From Octopus sinensis (lineage: Eukaryota), in contig NC_043014.1 of the NCBI RefSeq assembly GCF_006345805.1, positions 33,480,001-33,544,000 of the forward strand: a stretch of DNA of 64,000 nt, in the 5' to 3' direction. Numbering within the stretch: position 1 is the first letter of the stretch; every line of letters starts with the position of its first letter. Shown here piece by piece: positions 25,433 through 37,900 of the stretch. The notes beneath the pieces were generated by a model. It was not told where the DNA came from and searched no databases. It saw only the letters and a list, made by a program, of their open reading frames with translations. A program made the translations under genes and the position numbers.

Positions 25433-26055
25433 GCTTCTTTCAGTTTCCACCTACCAAATCCACTCACAAGGCTTTCATTGGCCTGAGGCTATAGTAGAAG
25501 ACACTTGTCTAAGGTGCCATGCAGTGGCGCTGAACCCGGAACCATGTGGTAGGGAAGCAAGCGTCTTACCACACAGTCACGCCTATGCCTATTTGATAGC
25601 TCTAGAACAATAATATTAAAAGTAATAATTTGGTATTAAAATAATGCTCCAATATTTGACAAGTACTTATCCTATTAGCCCCAGAGAGATAAGAAGCATT
25701 AGTGGGTTGTGAACTCAAAAAGTAAAATGACATAACCAATATTGCTGGAAATTTTAGTTTGATGTTCTGCAAATTCTGTTATAAGAAAGAGAATGGTGTA
25801 TATATGTCTCAGAGTGTAAAGGAGAATGAGAATGGAGAGAGAGAGAGAAAACAAATGAGCATGTGTATATATGTGTATTGTCAGTTACAAGAATATTCAT
25901 AGATGCATGTGAGTGTATATGTGTATGACTGTAAGTGTTTATATATGTTAGAATTAGTATGTGACACTGTGCATACATGTGTGAGAGTGCATGTGAATGT
26001 GTGTATGTAAGAGGGTTCATGAGTGAATGTGTGGCTGCATCTGTGACAAAGTGTG

Positions 26056-26124
<69 letters not shown>

Positions 26125-26139
26125 TTGTGTGTAACTTAC

Positions 26140-26180
26140 CAAAAGTCGAGCTATGATGGCATGCTGTTTTGGCATATTGG
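26140..26180 (-). CDS. MROH1: MROH1 exon E14 (41-nt small exon)
   Basis: attgcag|CC...TTG|gtaagt; TNMPKQHAIIARLL. Bridges phase 1 to phase 0 between E13 and E15. Confidence 0.88.
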
Positions 26181-26226
26181 CTGCAATTAGAAAAATACAA
26201 AATTACAATTAATCTTAAGATGAGCC

Positions 26227-26520
26227 ATCTGGACAGGTGGCAGTTATACAGGTAAGACATTTGGATAAACAGGTGACACAGTTGGACAGGTGATGCAATT
26301 ATACAAGTGACACAGTTATATAGGTGAGACATATACACAGGTGACTCTTGTCTATACAGGTAACACAATTGTACAGATGAGATATCTAGACAAGTATCTA
26401 AACAAGTGACACATACATACAGGTAATAAATCATGATATAAAATTAATCTGGACAGGTGAGACAAGGCTAGATATATGACAGATTTAGAGAAGTACATAG
26501 TCTGGATAGGTGATATACCT
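26227..26520. repeat. Degenerate ~17-18-bp minisatellite (acaggtgacacagttat-like)
   Basis: Recurring acaggtga/acaagtga cores directly upstream of E14 on the gene strand. Confidence 0.7.
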
Positions 26521-27989
26521 GAACAAATGACTAATCTGAATTGTAGAGAAAGTATAAAACTTTTAGACCTGCTTGAAATCAATCTGGACATGTAAAAAGA
26601 TATAAAAGATATTTCAGCTATTCACCTATGAAGGTGAGAGATTTTTGTCTTTGTTAATCAAGTGAATTTGAACTTTGTATATAAATGCTACTTGTCTTAT
26701 CAAAACTTAGAATGATGAAAGGTAAAGCTAATTTCAGCAGGATTTGAACTGAAAGACAACAAGGTATCACAATGTATAAAGAGTAAAGACCCCCCTTCGG
26801 TCATGAATGACCATAGATTGCACCTAAAAGGTTACCCTTCAAGGCACAAATTCAGGCAAGGTTGTTTGTGGAAGACCAGCAGTCACCCTTTGCATACCAG
26901 CCTCCCCTCTCCACACCACTGATGTTGTCCAAGGGAAAGGCAAAGGCCAACACAGCTTGGTACCAGTGACATCGCCACTCATTTCTACAGCTGAGTGATC
27001 TGGAGCAATGTGAAATGAAGTGTCTTGCTCAAGAACACAATTCACAGCCCAGTCCAGGAATCAAACTCACTACCTTATGATTGTGAGCCTGGCGCTCTAA
27101 CCACTGAGCCACGTGCCTTCAATGGATAAAATGCTGCTAAACATTTTGCTCAGCTTGCTAACAGTTCTGTCAGCTTGCCAGTGCCTGTTGAACTGACCAA
27201 CCCATGCCAGCATGGAAAATGGATGTTAAATGATGATGATTACAATGACGATGGTGATGGTGATGATGATGATGATCATCATCATCATCACCACGACAGT
27301 GTTAATAACAGTGAGACAAAATACCAAGAAGATAGTCAATTGACAGGGTTAGTAGAGGGTCAGACAATATTCTGTGAGGGAAGATTGATAAAACCAGCAG
27401 AACAGTGTATAGAATACCTTGCAGTGAGGATTTATAATTCTTTACTCAATGAGTTCAAATCCTGCCAGGATTAAACTTCACTTTGCCTTTCACTTTTCCA
27501 AAGACAATACGATACCTATCAGCAATTTACAGGAGATTGATTTAATCAACTGTGCCACTGTGCCATTGAGCCATTGGGCCAATGTTAGAAATGTGTGGCT
27601 TTGCTCTAAGGTTACATGTTCTCATTATGAAAATAGTTAACATTTTATTTCCTCTCTGAGGTTGCTAAAATAATTATCAGTCATATACATAGGTGTAGGT
27701 ATGGGTGTGTGGAGAGAAATTTGCTTCCCAGCCACATAGAATCAAGTTTGGTCTCACTGCATGGTCCCTTGGGCAAGAGTCTAATACTATAATCCCAGGC
27801 TGACCAAAGCCTTGTGGGTGGATTTGGTAGATGAAAATTGAAAGAAATTCATTGTCTGTCCGTCCATCTATCTATCTATCGATCTCTATATATATATTTA
27901 TACACATATACATATATATAGATATACATATATATATATGTGTATATGTGTATGTGGGTATGTGCATGTGTTTGCATGTGTGTGTTAAT

Positions 27990-28800
27990 GAGTATAGCAA
28001 TGAATTCAGTGTACAAGTATGGGTTCACCAAGGATCAGTCTTCAGCCCCTTCCTGTTCATCATAATTCTCCAGGCAATAACAGAAGAATTTAAAACGAGC
28101 TGCTTCTGAGAGCTCCTCTATGCTGATGGCCTTGTTCTTATAGCTAAATCACTTCCAGAACTAGAGAAGAAATTTTAGATGTGGAAGCAATGTCTAGAAG
28201 TGAAGGGCCTTAGAGTTAACCTAGCATGAACCAAAGACTTAGTAAGTAGGAAAACAGACAAACCACAAATCCCCTCAGGTAGATGACCCTGCTTGATCTG
28301 TAGGAAAGATGTAGATAGAAATTCCATAAGATGTATCCGGTGCAAGCTATGGACACATAAAAGGTGCAGCAATATCAGAGGAAGGTTAACTGGGAAAATA
28401 GTTTTTGTATGTGGAAGGTGCACAGGTACAATAAACACTAAAAATATACAGAAAATAGACTCCATCAAATGCCAGTGAGGAAAACTAGAAGTAGTTGATA
28501 GCTTCCATTATCTAGGTAATTAAGTCAGAAGTAGATGTTCTGAGAGCATAGCTGCAAGAAAAAGAATAGGCTGGGCAAAGTTCAGAGAGCTCTTACCTAT
28601 GTTGGCAATAAAGGGCCTCTCCCTCAGAGTGAAAGACAGACTGTATGATGTCTGTGTGTGAACAGCTATGCTACATGGCAGTGAAACATGGGCTGTGACT
28701 GCTAAGGACATGTGTAGGCTTGAAAGAAATGAAGCTAGCATGCTTTGCTGGATGTGCAGTGTCAGTGTGCATGTATGACAGAGTGTAAGCATCCTGGGAG
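27990..28800 (+). mobile_element. Decayed RTE-type LINE RT fragment containing a PHD finger
   Basis: VHQGSVFSPFLF, ELLYAD, GLRVN, C4HC3 finger, LEVVDSFHYLG, LHGSETW, with stops. Confidence 0.8.
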
Positions 28801-29168
28801 TGTAAGTGTGTGTTAGTATCTCCTTAGTTTGACATCACTTGATTGTTGTAAATGAGAGTCACTGTTGTATAAGCAGTGTTATTCATTACCAATATTCTCT
28901 GAGAACATGTCTGAACATGGGGAAATACTACCTGGTTTGAAAACAGGTGACGGTTGATAACAGGAAGAGCATCTGGTTATAGAAAATCCGCCTCAATTAA
29001 ACATCATCCAACCAAACAAACATGGAAAGACGAATGTTAAATGATGAGGCTTGGGACAAATCAATGAATTATACTCATGATAACAAGAGAAATCCCCGCT
29101 ATGAAAATCTTTACTTTCTGAATTTCTACAAAGTAATTTTCTAAGTGAAATTTCTTTGTGAAACTTAC

Positions 29169-29313
29169 TTTCAGTTTCAAAATCAATTACATAGTCAGTG
29201 GCCTTGTTCTCTACCTTCTTTTTGGCCAGGAAGGCAAGGCTCCGACAGATTGCTTTAATTCCATGGTAATGTTGCTCTGACGTGATGTATTCAAGCAGGA
29301 ATGGCCACAGCAC
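29169..29313 (-). CDS. MROH1: MROH1 exon E13 (145 nt)
   Basis: cattag|GTG...A|gtaagt; VLWPFLLEYITSEQHYHGIKAICRSLAFLAKKKVENKATDYVIDFETE. Confidence 0.94.
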
Positions 29314-29411
29314 CTAATGTGTAGAAAACAGAGAGAAAATAAAAGAAAAATGAACTCAACAGTTAAAAGAGACAGACAGGAAAGGAGAGAGTTATATAAT
29401 AATAATAATAA

Positions 29412-29464
<53 letters not shown>

Positions 29465-29465
<1 letters not shown>

Positions 29466-29830
29466 AATTATTGTATATAGTGCTCAGGTGCACCACAACT
29501 TGTCAGAAAGTGCATATAAAGTATATGCCGTAATGTACAAATGTCTGGAAAGCGAACAATGTATGAGTCAGATACATGCTTGTGTGTGTATGGAGGGGAG
29601 AAAATCAGGTGTAGTGTTGGCGAATCTCAGAAAGCATGGAAGTTTTGAAGGATGCAGTGCTCCAACAACTAACAACTGATGCCGGCAGTCTGTTCCATGC
29701 TTCAGCAACTCTCAGCGTGAAAAAATGTTTCCTAAAGTCATGGGAGCTGTGCTGTTTTCTGACTTTGTAAATATGTCCACGGGTGTTGGACGGGTGGAGT
29801 TATAGCAATAAAGACGGAGAGAAAGAACTT
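29465..29830 (-). mobile_element. CR1/L2-clade LINE 3' end
   Basis: TRGH..KVRK...RKHFFTLRVAEAWN-type C-terminus; other copies at 53276-53530 and 15525-15690. Confidence 0.75.
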
Positions 29831-29882
29831 GCGAAAAGAATGTGGAAGGTAGGGAGAAGGAGAGAAGAGAGTAGTCACTTAC

Positions 29883-29987
29883 CGGTTCCATACACTCTAT
29901 TGTTGTGGTAATAAGATGTAATATATTCTCACACATGTTTCTCAGGTTTTCATTAGTCACATAATCAATATCAGATCGTCGTTTGTT
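29883..29987 (-). CDS. MROH1: MROH1 exon E12 (105 nt)
   Basis: ctttcag|AAC...CCG|gtaagt; NKRRSDIDYVTNENLRNMCENILHLITTTIECMEP. Confidence 0.92.
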
Positions 29988-30722
29988 CTGAAAGAATGTT
30001 CATATGTTATTACTTGATGGTACAAACACATACTGCACACATGTATATGCACATGCATACACACATCATCATCATCAATATTTAATGTCCTTTTTCCATG
30101 CTGGCATGGGTTGGACGGCTTAACAGTTCCATAGTCTATTTTGACTTGGTTTCTATTGCTGGATGCTCTTCCTAATGCCAACCACTTTACAAAATGTACT
30201 GGATGCTTTATATATATGCCAGTGGCACGTAAAAAGTACCATTCATTGCCAGCATCGCCTGACTGGCTCCTGTGCTGGTGGCACATAAAAAACACCATTC
30301 AAGTGTGGTCATTGTCAGTGCCGCCGGAGTGGCTCCTGTGTAGGTGGCACGTAAAAAGCACAATTTGAGCATGGTCGATGCGAGTACTACCTGACTGGCC
30401 CTCGTGCTGGTGGCATGTAAAAGCACCCACTACACTATTGGAGTGGTTGGTGTTAAGAAGGGCATCCAGCCGTAGAAACTTTGCCAGATCAGATTGGAGC
30501 CTGGTGCAGCCTTTTGGCTTGCCAGCCCTCAGTCAAACCATCCAACCCATGCCAGTATGGAAAGTGGACGTTAAATGCTGCTGCTGATGATACATACATT
30601 ACACATATACATACATATATACATATACATACATACAAATACATATACATACATATACATACAAACACACACAGCTATAGACCATAGTACACACTAATAA
30701 TAGAAAAAGAGGTAGATGTTAC

Positions 30723-30851
30723 CATGTGAGGGTTATCATTTGGTAAACAGCACTGGTTGACAATAAACTCAATCATTAGATGTCCCCCTTCATTTTCCAG
30801 GTACTGATGATGGGCCATTGCAATGATCACCTGTGCCAATACTTTCTTCAC
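30723..30851 (-). CDS. MROH1: MROH1 exon E11 (129 nt)
   Basis: tgtgcag|GTG...ATG|gtaac; VKKVLAQVIIAMAHHQYLENEGGHLMIEFIVNQCCLPNDNPHM. Confidence 0.94.
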
Positions 30852-32123
30852 CTGCACAAAAAGAAAGAGAAGGTTTAAGAAATGGTGGTTCAAGTGTTTA
30901 ATCATTTCTTACTGTTCTTAATGCATTTAAACATAGAGTGAGAACTAACACCACTGACAGTATCTTTACTGCTGCTGCTTTTGTTGTTGTTGTTAAGCAA
31001 CAAGACAGGTAAGGGTGATTAGGTGATGGTCTAGGGCTTAGGGGCAGGAGACCCCAGAACTTGGGAAAAAAAAGAAAAAACTTTGGTTGTCTTGTTGTAG
31101 TCGAGGGCTCTTTGTTGACGCCCGACACCCCTGGGAGGTGGCCTTTGAAGTCACTGGAAATGGAAATCTCCAGGTTCAAATTCTTGAATGGCTGCTGCTG
31201 CTGCTACTACTACTACTACAACATATGCGGCGAGCTGGCAGAAATGTTAGCAGGCCGGGCGAAATGCTTTGTGTTATTTCGTCTGCTGCTGCGTTCTGAG
31301 TTCAAATTCCGCCACGGTAGACTTTGCCTTTCATCCTTTCGGGGTCGATAAATTAAGTACCAGTTACGCACTGGGGTCGATGTAATAGACTTAATTTGTT
31401 TGTCTGTCTTTGTTTGTCCCCTCTATGTTCAGCTCCTTGTGGGCAAAAAAAAAAATAAAATGCTTATTTTGACCCTAAATCCACTGGCTATGTCCTAAGG
31501 CCTGCAACAGCAAGACACACTAATACAACCCATAATTTCTTCAAGCACAACTACTGTTCCTTAAATGCATTACATGCCTGTACCAGTTTTCTCTCTTGCA
31601 CACATCTGATTCCTCTTATATGCAGAAATTCTTTCATCTTTCTTTGTGCTCTATAATTCATGCACCATGACCACTAAGCCATCCAGTCAGCATGGACTGT
31701 CTTGTATTATTGCTATCCAGCCTTCACTCATTCCTCATATTCAATGTTCATTTCACTCCCATGCAATATAATTCAATCTGCCCTTCACTCGGATAAAGAA
31801 TACTTTATATGTGTGAGTTCAAAATTCTGTTTCATGTTAAACTCTTCACACATCTTTAGAGAAACCTGTTCCAAGATGGATATTGTTCTCAACCATGTGG
31901 TGGTCATCACCATACACTTTTACTCGTTTACTTGTTTCAGTCATTTGACTGTGGCCATGCTGGAGAACCGCCTTTAGTCGAGCAAATCGACCCCAGGATT
32001 TATTTTTTGTAATCCTAGTACTTATTCCATCGGTCTCTTTTGCTGAACCGCTAAGTTATGGGGATGTAAACACACCAGCATTGGTTGTCAAGTGATGTTG
32101 GGAGGACAAATGCAGACACACAA

Positions 32124-32170
<47 letters not shown>

Positions 32171-32654
32171 TATATACGACAGGCTTCTTTCAGTTTCTGT
32201 CTACCAAATCCAATCACAAGGCTTTGGTCATCCCAAGGCTATAGTAGAAGACACTTGCCCAAGGTGCCACACAGTGGGACTGAACCCAGAACCATGTGGT
32301 TGGTAAGCAAGCTACTTACCACACAGCTACTCCTATGCCTTATGACATAAATCAAAAAGGTTTATATTAAAAACAAATACCACTACCGAAATAACTATAA
32401 CACACTAACCTTCAATTTCTTTTAATTACTACAGACCACCACAAGATCAAATTAACATACTGCAATGAAATCAATGAAAGAGCTTGTTCATAGTCACTCA
32501 ACACGCAAGAAATAGTAGCCAAGTCTCCCTCAAATCACACTCTACGGTCTTCAAAGAAGGAACATATTGAATAATAATGCAATCCTTGATACAATTTGTT
32601 TGAATAAACGATAGGACAGTGACATCTCAGTTCATAAATCTGACCCAGAGGTCA

Positions 32655-32713
32655 ACAACTGCAACCACTACTACTACCACCACTACCTCTAACATTACTA
32701 CTACTACTACTAT

Positions 32714-32755
<42 letters not shown>

Positions 32756-32850
32756 CACTACCACTTCTACAACTACTACTGCTTCTACTACTACTACTTC
32801 TACTATTACTGCTACTACTCCTACTCCTACTACCACCACCACAACCACTA
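32655..32850. repeat. (ACT/ACC)n microsatellite
   Basis: Direct inspection. Confidence 0.9.
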
Positions 32851-32886
32851 CATTGTAGTGGCAATTCTGAACAAAGAAACACCTAC

Positions 32887-32960
32887 CTTGTTGTTTGATT
32901 CAGAGAGCAAGATTTTGAGACCAGACAGCAATAATTCTTGCATTTCATCCATACTGGAAC
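32887..32960 (-). CDS. MROH1: MROH1 exon E10 (74 nt)
   Basis: cttgcag|GT...AAG|gtaggt; GSSMDEMQELLLSGLKILLSESNNK. Confidence 0.9.
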
Positions 32961-33340
32961 CTGCAAGATAGGAATAGATTAAATAGGGAGCATAATAGAA
33001 GTAGGGATTCATGAGGAAAGGCAAAATTAAAAAGGTGCAGCTTTGTGTTAAGAAGTTTGCCTACCAACCACATGGTTCTGAATTCAGTACCACTGTGTGG
33101 CATCTTTAGCAAGTGTCTTCTACTGTAGACTTGGGCCAACCAAAGCCTTGTGAGTGGATTTGATAAACAGAAACTGAAAGAAGTCTGTCATGTGTGAGTG
33201 TATGTGCATGTATATATCTTCATGTCTGTGTTTGTCTTCCGCCCGCCACTACTTGACAGCCAGTGTTGGTATGTTAACGTACCCATAAATTAGTTGTTTG
33301 GCAAAAGTAACTGAGAGAATAAGTACCAGGTTTAAAGAAA

Positions 33341-33960
33341 AAAGAGATCGAAATGGTTGATGATTTCATCTTCCTTGGCTCCAAAATAAATCGAGATGGT
33401 GACTGCACTCCAAAAATAAGACGGCGGATAGTACTAGGCAGAGAGGCAATGGTCAGCATGAGCAGGGTCTGGAAGAGTAGAGACATCAGACTCGCTACCA
33501 AATGCAGATTGGTGAATGCAATTGTCTTCCAAATAGCAACATATGGATGTGAGACCTGGACACTAAAGAAAGCTGACCAGAAGAGAATTAATGCATTCGA
33601 GCTTTGGTATTGGAGAAGACTTTTACGGATTCCATGGACAGCGAGGCTCACCAATGGAGAAGTTCTTAAGCAGATCAGGCCGAAAATGTCGCTAGAAGCT
33701 AGGATCACCAAGCATAGATTGGCATATTTTGGTCATATTATGCGGAGAAAATCCCTGGAGAAGGACATCATGCTCGGAATGGTCAGTGGCAAGAGAGGAA
33801 GAGGCCGACCAAGAACCCGCTGGCTTGACACCATCAAGAGTGATACCGGAATGGACATAGCCAATCTGAAAGAAGCGGCCCAGGATAGAATTGACTGGAG
33901 GACACTGATCCATCGAGTAACCAAGAGTCGACTTCGACTGAGCAGATAGACAGATAGATA
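33341..33960 (+). mobile_element. Young 5'-truncated RTE/BovB-like LINE
   Basis: 198-codon open frame (FIFLGS, YGCETWT, FELWYWRRLLRIPWT, GKRGRGRPRTRW); (AGAT)n tail; inserted in a family B SINE. Confidence 0.9.
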
Positions 33961-34096
33961 ATTAAGTACTGCGGTTGATTTGTTCGATTAAAATTCAATA
34001 TTGGTAAAGTAATCTCTTGCAAAGGCAAGTTACCATTGTAAATAAGGCTAGAAAGAGGAAGGGACTATGAAGGATCACAAAGACTGTCTTACTTAC

Positions 34097-34210
34097 CTCC
34101 AGCGTTAATGAGATGCTTCAGGATGGACAATATCCCAATCCGAGTTTTCTCATTATTGCTCTCGAGTTTTTGGAGTAAAATTGCCATGAGTTTGGATGAG
34201 AATGAGTGAG
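34097..34210 (-). CDS. MROH1: MROH1 exon E9 (114 nt)
   Basis: atttcag|CT...G|gtaagt; SHSFSSKLMAILLQKLESNNEKTRIGILSILKHLINAG. Not in the supplied ORF track. Confidence 0.93.
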
Positions 34211-34301
34211 CTGAAATAATTGATGGACATTGTTAAGAGGAATATACACATACATACATTTATACATATACATACATTTATATATATATATTTAAGGATT
34301 T

Positions 34302-34344
<43 letters not shown>

Positions 34345-34587
34345 TTTTATTTCGTTTTTGGATTTGGTTTGCAAGATGCTTTATGTGAGTTCGTGTGTTG
34401 AAGCATATTTTGTTGTGTCTGGGGAGAGTCATTTTCTTTTTGTACCTTATAATTTAACACACTCACCAGAAAAATTTCCACTTATTCTTTTAGGGAAATA
34501 AAAATAAGGAATAAGTGGAAATTTTACCAGTAAATGTGTTAAATTATAAGGTACAAAAAGAAAATAACTCTCCCCAGACACAACAGA

Positions 34588-34590
<3 letters not shown>
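34345..34590. mobile_element. Fold-back element, TTTTGGATTTGG family, copy 2
   Basis: About 78-bp arms (34400-34477 and 34499-34586) around a 21-nt spacer, between (TA)n tracts. Confidence 0.7.
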
Positions 34591-34620
<30 letters not shown>

Positions 34621-34621
<1 letters not shown>

Positions 34622-35018
34622 TAGCAGTATCGTCCGGCGTTGCTCGGGTTTGTAAGGGAAATAACTATATAAGCATTTTTAGAGAGTTATAGCCAAAAAA
34701 TAGCAAAACAATGCATTAAAAATGGGAAAAAAATTAAGGTAAATTTTTTAAAAAATCGTTGACACATCGTAGATATTTTTAGAGAGTTACTTCCCTTATA
34801 TAATAGCGAAAAAAATGCATTAAAATGGAAAAATATGATGGTAAATTTTTTTTAAATCGTAGACTCATCGTAGACGCGCGCTAATACCCAGAAGGGCTCG
34901 ATATGAATCACGACTATAAGATACCCGCTTTTGGTTAAACTGCACCGCAAAATGTGGGAGTAGTTAGGAATCTAAATCGTAGGAGACAGACACACAACTT
35001 CACTTTTATATATAAAGA
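34621..35018 (-). mobile_element. Non-autonomous Helitron
   Basis: Minus strand: A|TC 5' end; 3' hairpin CCCGAGCAACGCCGG then CTAG|T; no TSD. Confidence 0.75.
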
Positions 35019-35289
35019 TATAAGCCATGTAGTTATATACACATACTTTGTTATATACACATTCTTAAAAGAAAATGTTATTTTGAACACAACATTTATA
35101 AAGAATAAAATATTTTTTGGTTTTTCTTTTAAACGGATGCATACATTTATTAATAACTATATATAAGTGTCGTCTGTTTATACATAAACACTGTTTCATA
35201 CTGCAATTATATATACATATATCTATATATAATATTATATAATAAAATATATACAGAATATGTGTATATATTTATGTATGTATAAATAT

Positions 35290-36120
35290 ATACTGAAAGA
35301 AGGTCGGCTCGCCAAATTAATACTACCAAAATTTAACGACAAAAAGTAAATTAAAAACCAATTTACCTTTTCTGTATTGTTATAGCAATTCGACCGTCGG
35401 TGTGTTTTTGCAAATGTGTTCGTATGAGAAGCGAGTTGTGTTTGGCACCTTTTTTACAAATAACAAACACACACGTGTTTGTATGTAGTTGTTTGAAACG
35501 TTTGTGTTTGTCACTGTCATGTATGTATGTGTATGCGTGTGTGTGAGGAATGACACACACACACTCACGCACGCACACATGTACATCAATGCTTTCGGAG
35601 TGAAATGTTAAAATATTGAGTTTTCTCGAATTTTGTCTTAATTGGGGGTAAAATTGAAAGAAATTTTGTATGGCATGACCCAATGGAAGTACTTTGAAAA
35701 ATCATGGGTAAACTCTAATTGAAGAAATTGTGTAAATCGTTATGTATTTATTTGTTTCTGTTTGCTGTGTTTTTTTTTTTTTCCGTTTTATAGAAATAGT
35801 TTCACTTTATTTGTTGCAAACTTGCAAAGAGAAAGTCGTAGAAATTAGAGTGATAGCGTAAGTGAATCAGATCGCTCCCTTTTTGTGTGTGTGCGTGTGC
35901 TATAGCCCACACTAAGAAAAGCACTTGACTCACGCACCACAATGTGAGTTTTCTCTAAATTTTGCTTAATTGGGGTTGAAATTTTAAAAACTGGACCTGG
36001 CACACCCTGATGCATTCTACTCTTAAAAATGCTAGGTAAATTGTAATTGAAGAAATCCTATATTGTAGATTTCTATAAGAAACAAAGGGAGGCAGATAAA
36101 ATCTGCCTTTTATAATCTCT
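35290..36120 (-). mobile_element. Probable second Helitron-like non-autonomous element with internal direct repeat
   Basis: About 35610-35730 is similar to 35945-36060; short hairpin GGCAGATAAAATCTGCC near the end. Confidence 0.4.
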
Positions 36121-36388
36121 TATTATATGTTTTTAATTATACTAATCAATTTCTAAGGTATTTAATCAAAACAGCAGTCAGAATAGTAGTCTATTTTTGT
36201 AATTAATAAATAATTATTAATTTAATCATCTCTATTTTCTTATATATATAGCAAAAACAATTAAGATTCAAGTGAATTCCAATGAATTCAAATGAATATG
36301 GTACTTAACTTAGATGCACCAGAATTGTTTATGGTATTAACCATAAAAATGTGGGATGATTATAACCAAGAAAAAATTATTTATATAT

Positions 36389-36522
36389 ATATAACCAAGA
36401 AAAAAGCAACAAGAATGGATTAATAGTTTAGTACAATTGTTTCAATTGTTACAATTGTTCTTGGTATGAAACAATTGTACTAAACTACTAATCCATTCTT
36501 GTTGCTTTTTTCTTGGTTATAT
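36389..36522. repeat. Hairpin with 56-bp arms and 22-nt spacer, containing a half hammerhead
   Basis: One mismatch; right arm starts TGAAACAATTGTACTAAAC. Confidence 0.8.
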
Positions 36523-36750
36523 CATCATCATCATTTAGCGTCCGTTTTCCATGCTAGCATGGGTTGGACGGTTCAACTGGGGTCTGTGAAGCTGGAAGGC
36601 TTCATCAGGCCCAGTCAGATCTGGCAGTGTTTCTATGGCTGGATGCCCTTCCTAACGCCAACCACTCCATGAGTGTAGTGGGTGCTTTTTACGTGCCACC
36701 CGCACAGGTGCCAGACAGAGCTGGCAAACGGCTACGAACGGATGGTGCTT

Positions 36751-37071
36751 ATAAATAATTTACAAGATAAGGGCAAAAGAAAAATTCTAATGCCAAATAT
36801 GCCGAAAGACAAAACTTTTCAATAACCATTATAATTTATGAGTCTCGAAACAAACCGATAGAAATTTCTAAAAAATTTGTTATTACCGTATTGGTCCAAT
36901 TTCGGGGTTAATTAAGAAATTGGACCAATACGGTAATAACAAATTTTTTAGAAATTTCTATCGGTTTGTTTTGAGACTCATAAATTATAATGGTTATTGA
37001 AAAGTTTTGGCTTTTTTTTGGCATATCTGGCATAGAATTTTTCTTTTGCCCTTATCTTGTAAATTATTTAT
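36751..37071. repeat. Hairpin with ~153-bp arms and 12-nt loop
   Basis: Arms 36751-36903 and 36916-37071 with few differences. Confidence 0.9.
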
Positions 37072-37155
37072 AAATTTAACCTTTAAATGTATTTTTTGAT
37101 ATGCTGGCCATTGATAAAATTTTTTTCCCCGAAAAAAATTTTATCCTACATTAGT

Positions 37156-37193
<38 letters not shown>

Positions 37194-37299
37194 TGAAGGG
37201 AGTAGAGAGAAATGGGTAAGGATAGAGTGAAAATGAAGAGAGATAGATAAATACATAGTGTGAGATAAAGAGAGGGATGGAGCTGAAATGATGTTGAGG

Positions 37300-37720
37300 A
37301 GAAATGATGAATTGTGATGGCCTTATGGTGGCGGTAGCAAGAATGGGAGTGTTGAAGATGAGTGGTGGTGTTAGTGGTTGTGGTGATAGTGAGAGAGGTG
37401 TAAGAAGCAACAGCAGTAGTAGTGGTGATAATGGTGATGGCAGAAGTGGCATTGGTGATTGTAGTGATAATACTAGTAGACACAATAGCAGTAATCAAAG
37501 TAATGGTAATAGTGATAATGGTGGTGGTGGTGGTGGGGGTGTTGACAGCATTAGTGATCACAGTGGTGGTGGTGGTAGTGATGGTAGTGGCATTGATATG
37601 TTGGTGTTGACAACAATGATGACATTTGACTAGTGACCAGAGGTAGTGGTGAAAGAGATAGGGATGGTAGTTATAGTACTAATGGTCACAGTGGTGGTGG
37701 TAGTGGAGGTGATGAAAAAG
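37300..37720. repeat. Degenerate (GGT/GAT/AGT)n low-complexity tract
   Basis: Direct inspection. Confidence 0.8.
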
Positions 37721-37741
37721 AAACAGTATAAATCAACTTAC

Positions 37742-37820
37742 ATATCACTGTGAAACATCTCAAAACTTCATTGTAGTTTTTGATGCTCATGGGATTATCA
37801 TAATCCAGTGGGGCTGTAAT
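37742..37820 (-). CDS. MROH1: MROH1 exon E8 (79 nt)
   Basis: tttccag|ATT...T|gtaagt; ITAPLDYDNPMSIKNYNEVLRCFTVI. Confidence 0.93.
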
Positions 37821-37868
37821 CTGGAAACAAGATAATTCACTTTGAACTATAACAACACCACCAACAAT

Positions 37869-37900
<32 letters not shown>

